Shown here one piece after another: positions 27,368 to 30,803 of a stretch of 30,803 bases of DNA (position 1 is its first letter; each line of letters opens with the position of its first letter). The DNA comes from a virus (lineage: Duplodnaviria > Caudoviricetes). The translations under genes were made by a program, and so were the position numbers. The notes under the pieces are model-generated. The model saw nothing but the letters and a program-made list of their open reading frames with translations, searched no databases and had not been told where the DNA came from. The stretch spans positions 1 through 30,803 of IMG/VR virus record IMGVR_UViG_3300028837_001614; one strand, 5' to 3'.

Positions 27368-27684
27368 ATCAAGAGAGTACCGTGATCTATCGTATTAACG
27401 ACAAAATCACTCATATACATCCCGGGATTAAACGGCCCTATTTGCCACAGACAAATATTCCCCACACCGGGTGTAACAGCTTCAACCGGCGCACCGCCCC
27501 CAGTTGTAGCTATCTGAACCTTTACTGCGATTGTTACGCCGTTTATTGTAATACTCAGGTCATCATCATCCGCTATATCACCAGCATCGTCTATCCATTG
27601 GATAAGGCGCACCATTTTATTGCCTGTCCAGGCAGTGGCAGCCGTATCGACATAGATAGGATTCGAGGTTAATGTATTGCCCAT
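27355..27684 (-). CDS. Small beta-rich structural-like protein
   Basis: AAGGAG RBS; beta-strand composition. Confidence 0.65.
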   Translation of the reverse strand: MGNTLTSNPIYVDTAATAWTGNKMVRLIQWIDDAGDIADDDDLSITINGVTIAVKVQIATTGGGAPVEAVTPGVGNICLWQIGPFNPGMYMSDFVVNTIDHGTLLIWIQ

Positions 27685-28149
27685 TTAAGACTCCTTAACA
27701 CGTTCATTAAATTCTTTTTGTGGATCTTTATAGTCTTGATTTTCTATTTGGGATGTAACCCAAGAGAGATTTTTTTCCTCAGATTCGTCTTGCTCCTCCT
27801 TTAAAAATCCATTATCTACAAGAACTTGATAAATACCTTCACTAAGCCCTTCTATCTTGTTTTCTCCTTCATCTCCTGCAAAAGTACTGTGTCCACTTTG
27901 GATATCAATCGCATGGAGAACTTCATGGATAAAGCTAACCAATATATGTGATTTGGCTTTCTTCTCTCCATTCCCATCAACAGTAGCCAAATATATTATT
28001 TTCTTGACAGCATCACATTGAGCGTGACGGTCAAACCGTTCTTGGAAAATATAGGGGCATTTTACTTCAGAAAAGTTTGTGTCGGTATATATACTATATA
28101 CAAGGGTAGCCCCGCCTTCCGCATGCCCCCCCGTCACCAGGATAAGCAT
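27685..28149 (-). CDS. HExxH Zn-metallopeptidase-like phage protein, start uncertain
   Basis: FIHEVLHAI...E...EGLSEGIYQVL. Confidence 0.65.
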   Translation of the reverse strand: MLILVTGGHAEGGATLVYSIYTDTNFSEVKCPYIFQERFDRHAQCDAVKKIIYLATVDGNGEKKAKSHILVSFIHEVLHAIDIQSGHSTFAGDEGENKIEGLSEGIYQVLVDNGFLKEEQDESEEKNLSWVTSQIENQDYKDPQKEFNERVKES

Positions 28150-28344
28150 GCTTTATCTCCTACTCCTTGAGATCATTACATTTGTGTCTGATAATATAGA
28201 ATATGACAACCATCTTTCCTTGCCTCTCATTGTCTTAAATGCCTGATATTACTTTCAAAAACCTATCACTCCTATATCACTGTATACCATTAAGTATAAT
28301 GATATGTGTCATAGTATGCACGAGCATTTCGTAGTAAATCGTAG

Positions 28345-28770
28345 CTATTCATCATCTGGGAGAGTTTGGATTTTATCCTCTAGGACATTGTATGTTATGG
28401 CTTGGATCTGGTCGATAAGGATATCCGGTTGCCTGACCGGTCGCTTAGCCTCATCTATAACAGGTAGAGCATGTTTGAATACTAACTTCGCGGCATCAAG
28501 GCTATTATCTTTAAGGGCCTCTTTCACTACTCTCTTGGCTGAGGGATATAATTTAACTGTTTGAAGCTCGTATCTCTCTCTTAAAATAGCTACTTTAGAG
28601 GCTACTTCAGTATTTCTACGTATCAGCTGTTGAGAATAGTTATTACTCTTTGTTACACCTAATGTATTTAATTTCTTATCAATCTCATAATTACTAGCCT
28701 CCGGATCCTTCTCAACCTCTCTCAACAAAGCTCGTTGCTTTTTCGTGTATTTCTGCTTAATATTACCCAT
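28345..28770 (-). CDS. terS: Putative terminase small subunit
   Basis: HTH-like basic N-terminus, helical middle, upstream of terL. Confidence 0.6.
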   Translation of the reverse strand: MGNIKQKYTKKQRALLREVEKDPEASNYEIDKKLNTLGVTKSNNYSQQLIRRNTEVASKVAILRERYELQTVKLYPSAKRVVKEALKDNSLDAAKLVFKHALPVIDEAKRPVRQPDILIDQIQAITYNVLEDKIQTLPDDE

Positions 28771-28835
28771 TAAACTACTTCCTACTCAAACTATTTCAGT
28801 TAGTATTATCTCTACTCTTATCATCCTAATAAGTA

Positions 28836-28864
28836 ATACTATACCTCTTATTATCTCATGTCAA
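28836..28864 (-). promoter_or_regulatory. sigma70-like promoter upstream of terS (late operon)
   Basis: TTGACA-17 bp-TAGTAT. Confidence 0.65.
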
Positions 28865-28869
28865 GTTAT

Positions 28870-29640
28870 TTATTTCTTTACTATTCCCATGGCTATTTTT
28901 TTCAATTTTTCCATATTCTCTGCCCGCTGCTCAGGCGTAAACTGTGCTAAATACTCATCTCGCTCTTTTTGTGCATTTAAATCCGGCTCCTGGGCTTGAG
29001 CAATATAACCTTTATCTTTATCGAACTCTATCTTTTTACGTATCCATGTTTGCCAGGCTGCATTCCAATCAACAAACTGACTACCTTTCTTTCTATGGTG
29101 TAGACAAAATGCCTCAAATATATCTGGTATGCCTTGAGCTATGCCTTTGAACTCAGCGTATTTAATATGCTCCTCTGTTAGTTTATAATCTTTAGGTAAT
29201 AAAACCTTTCTTTTATATATTTTCTTTAAAGAAGATGAAGAAGAAGATGAAGAAGGGTGCGTTACTTGACCGTTACTTGTGGCGTTACTGCCATGTTTCT
29301 CTTTATATCTCTGTTGTCGTAACCTACTGTTTTCTCTTTCTTTATCCTCTCTATACATCCTTCTATTGCGTAGCGTTACTGTGCCGTTACCATTTCGTGA
29401 GAGGTAACAGAAAAGTAACGTTTCGGCCTCACATAAAAACACGTTAAATTCCTCTATTGTGCAGTTTAAAATAGAAGGATACTTTTCTATTGTTGCTGTG
29501 AGTTCACCCCTGATTTTTGCATACCACATCCGAGCCAAGGCATTGGCCCAAATACCCCTTGATGCTGAACAAGCTGATTGAAGTTCTACATCATTCAACC
29601 AATCGCCCCAATAGAATTGACTTGCCGGTGCTTTACCCAA
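28870..29640 (-). CDS. Phage replication initiator-like protein (DUF1376/YdaU-type N-terminus)
   Basis: KAPASQFYWGDWL, ASRGIW, LRNRRM, poly-Ser linker, FVDWNAAWQTW. Likely TTG start at 29640 after AAGGAAAGGA. Confidence 0.75.
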   Translation of the reverse strand: MGKAPASQFYWGDWLNDVELQSACSASRGIWANALARMWYAKIRGELTATIEKYPSILNCTIEEFNVFLCEAETLLFCYLSRNGNGTVTLRNRRMYREDKERENSRLRQQRYKEKHGSNATSNGQVTHPSSSSSSSSLKKIYKRKVLLPKDYKLTEEHIKYAEFKGIAQGIPDIFEAFCLHHRKKGSQFVDWNAAWQTWIRKKIEFDKDKGYIAQAQEPDLNAQKERDEYLAQFTPEQRAENMEKLKKIAMGIVKK

Positions 29641-29691
29641 ATTATATTCCTTTCCTTTCACTAAACATCGGTCATGCAATGAGACAAAAAG

Positions 29692-29810
29692 CTATTGCAA
29701 AAACGCAATAGTATTGCAAAAATGCAATTATTGATTAAACCTATACTGGATATAGATATCCCTGTATATTCCTTCTATTTATTTCAACATCTATTGCAAA
29801 AACACAACAG
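29692..29810. promoter_or_regulatory. Three palindromic protein-binding sites, TATTGC-N6-GCAATA
   Basis: TATTGCAAAAACGCAATA (29693), TATTGCAAAAATGCAATT (29712), TATTGCAAAAACACAACA (29792). Confidence 0.75.
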
Positions 29811-29865
29811 AATTGTTAATATCCGGACCTCAATAAAACTACCTCCAACAGAAAGACTGTAATAA

Positions 29866-29878
29866 TTTCAGATAGTTA
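29866..29878 (+). promoter_or_regulatory. IHF-like site
   Basis: TTTCAGATAGTTA versus WATCARNNNNTTR (one mismatch), with an AT-rich 5' flank. Confidence 0.45.
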
Positions 29879-29905
29879 TATGGTATTCTAATGATTTCCC
29901 TATTG

Positions 29906-29922
29906 TTGGCACAAGGTTTGCT
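29906..29922 (+). promoter_or_regulatory. sigma54 promoter for the early genes
   Basis: TTGGCACAAGGTTTGCT: GG(29908-09)-N10-GC(29920-21), about 45 nt before the ATG. Confidence 0.7.
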
Positions 29923-29942
29923 TTATATTAGGGTAACATGAA

Positions 29943-30214
29943 AACAATTAACAAAGGGAGGATAAAATGGAAAAAATACAAGAACTACGAGAGACGATCG
30001 AAAGATTGTGGCCAAATAGCTATCAACCCAAGCTCCAGGCTGCGAAAGATTTATTGGATTCCGCGGAGGAGAATCTTGAAAAAGATCCTCTACAAGCGCA
30101 AAGCAGCATAAAGTTAGCCGTGAGATATATCCAAAGAGCCAGCCAAATTTAAAAGTAAAAAGGAGATATAGAGAGGAGTTAAACACTAACAATTAACAAA
30201 GGGAGGATAAAATG
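29943..30214 (+). repeat. 27-bp identical leader/RBS repeat
   Basis: AACAATTAACAAAGGGAGGATAAAATG at 29943-29969 and 30188-30214. Confidence 0.95.
29967..30152 (+). CDS. Early hypothetical protein, 61 aa
   Basis: GGGAGG RBS; helical. Confidence 0.75.
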   Translation: MEKIQELRETIERLWPNSYQPKLQAAKDLLDSAEENLEKDPLQAQSSIKLAVRYIQRASQI

Positions 30215-30520
30215 AAAAGAATAATTAATGGTATGGTGTACAACACCGAAACAGCAGAGGAATTAGGTTGTGACAGTTTTTCCAACCCAAACGATTTTCA
30301 TCATTACAGCGAAACTCTTTATCGGACAAAAAAAGGCAATTATTTCATGTATGGTGAAGGTGGCCCCTTGAGTCATTATGCGGAAAATGTAGGGAATAAT
30401 AATACTGCAGGTTCTGAACGAATGTGGGAAGTTACAGAAGATGAGGCCCGAAATTGGCTGGCAAAAATTAGCCCCAGTAAAGCATTAGAGCTGTGGCCTA
30501 ATAGTTTCCCAGAAGCTTAA
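30212..30520 (+). CDS. Conserved phage early protein (KRIINGxxYNTETA...LYRTKKGNYF type)
   Basis: GGGAGG RBS; sequence pattern recurrent in phages and mobile elements, function unknown. Confidence 0.8.
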   Translation: MKRIINGMVYNTETAEELGCDSFSNPNDFHHYSETLYRTKKGNYFMYGEGGPLSHYAENVGNNNTAGSERMWEVTEDEARNWLAKISPSKALELWPNSFPEA

Positions 30521-30522
30521 CC

Positions 30523-30560
30523 CTTACCTTGACCCTGGACCTCTCCAGGGAATAGGCAAG
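30523..30560 (+). other. Extended intergenic hairpin with internal loop
   Basis: CTTACCT-TGA-CCCTGGA-CCTC-TCCAGGG-AAT-AGGCAAG. Confidence 0.55.
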
Positions 30561-30586
30561 AGCTAACTTTAACAGGAGGTAAGGAG

Positions 30587-30803
30587 ATGAGAGAATCAAC
30601 TAAAATAATTAAAGCATTAGCAAAAGCGGATTTTGAAAGTCCATTAGTAAAGGGAGAAATGGGAAGTGGATATACAAATTGCAAACTAAAAAAAGGAACT
30701 ACAGCAGGAACAGCTCAAAATACTATATATTACCTTCTCCATGATTTAGCTGTTGACTTAAGCCTTGACTTCAATACCCATCAACTTAGACGTGAATTAA
30801 TGG
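30587..30803 (+). CDS. Early hypothetical protein, truncated by the window end (MRESTKIIKALAKADF...)
   Basis: AGGAGGTAAGGAG RBS; frame open to the end of the window. Confidence 0.7.
   Translation, partial: MRESTKIIKALAKADFESPLVKGEMGSGYTNCKLKKGTTAGTAQNTIYYLLHDLAVDLSLDFNTHQLRRELM

Noticed and set aside
631-29711. Numerous + strand ORFs in the track, other than 13787-14089
   Set aside because: Antisense shadows of well-supported - strand genes, with no RBS or motifs noticed.
29692-29810. CRISPR mini-array
   Set aside because: Repeats are only 18-20 bp with gaps of 1 and about 62 bp; they fit protein-binding dyads better.
29923-30192. - strand 89-aa ORF
   Set aside because: Antisense to the RBS-supported early gene and its leader repeats.

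Overview
AT-rich window covering most of the late region of a tailed dsDNA phage with a podovirus-type gene layout. Nearly all genes are on the - strand. From right to left: DUF1376/YdaU-like replication protein, TerS, HExxH protein, TerL, cupin, portal, scaffold, DUF5309/SU10-type major capsid, a Maf/DUF115 + SAM methyltransferase + radical SAM block, two duplicated small virion-like proteins, adaptor and nozzle, ejection proteins, fibre/LamG proteins, holin-like protein, M15 endolysin and a ClpP-like protease. Small + strand early-type genes start at the right end. Four things stand out. (1) A candidate virion glycosylation/modification cassette sits directly behind the capsid gene. (2) Three consecutive fibre/receptor-binding genes start with signal-peptide-like segments. 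(3) The ClpP-fold protease has a membrane anchor and a CxxCH heme-c-type motif. (4) A sigma54-type promoter architecture (palindromic UAS, IHF-like box, -24/-12) precedes the early genes, and a second sigma54 site faces the endolysin promoter. All family calls come from motif recognition by eye; no database searches were run.
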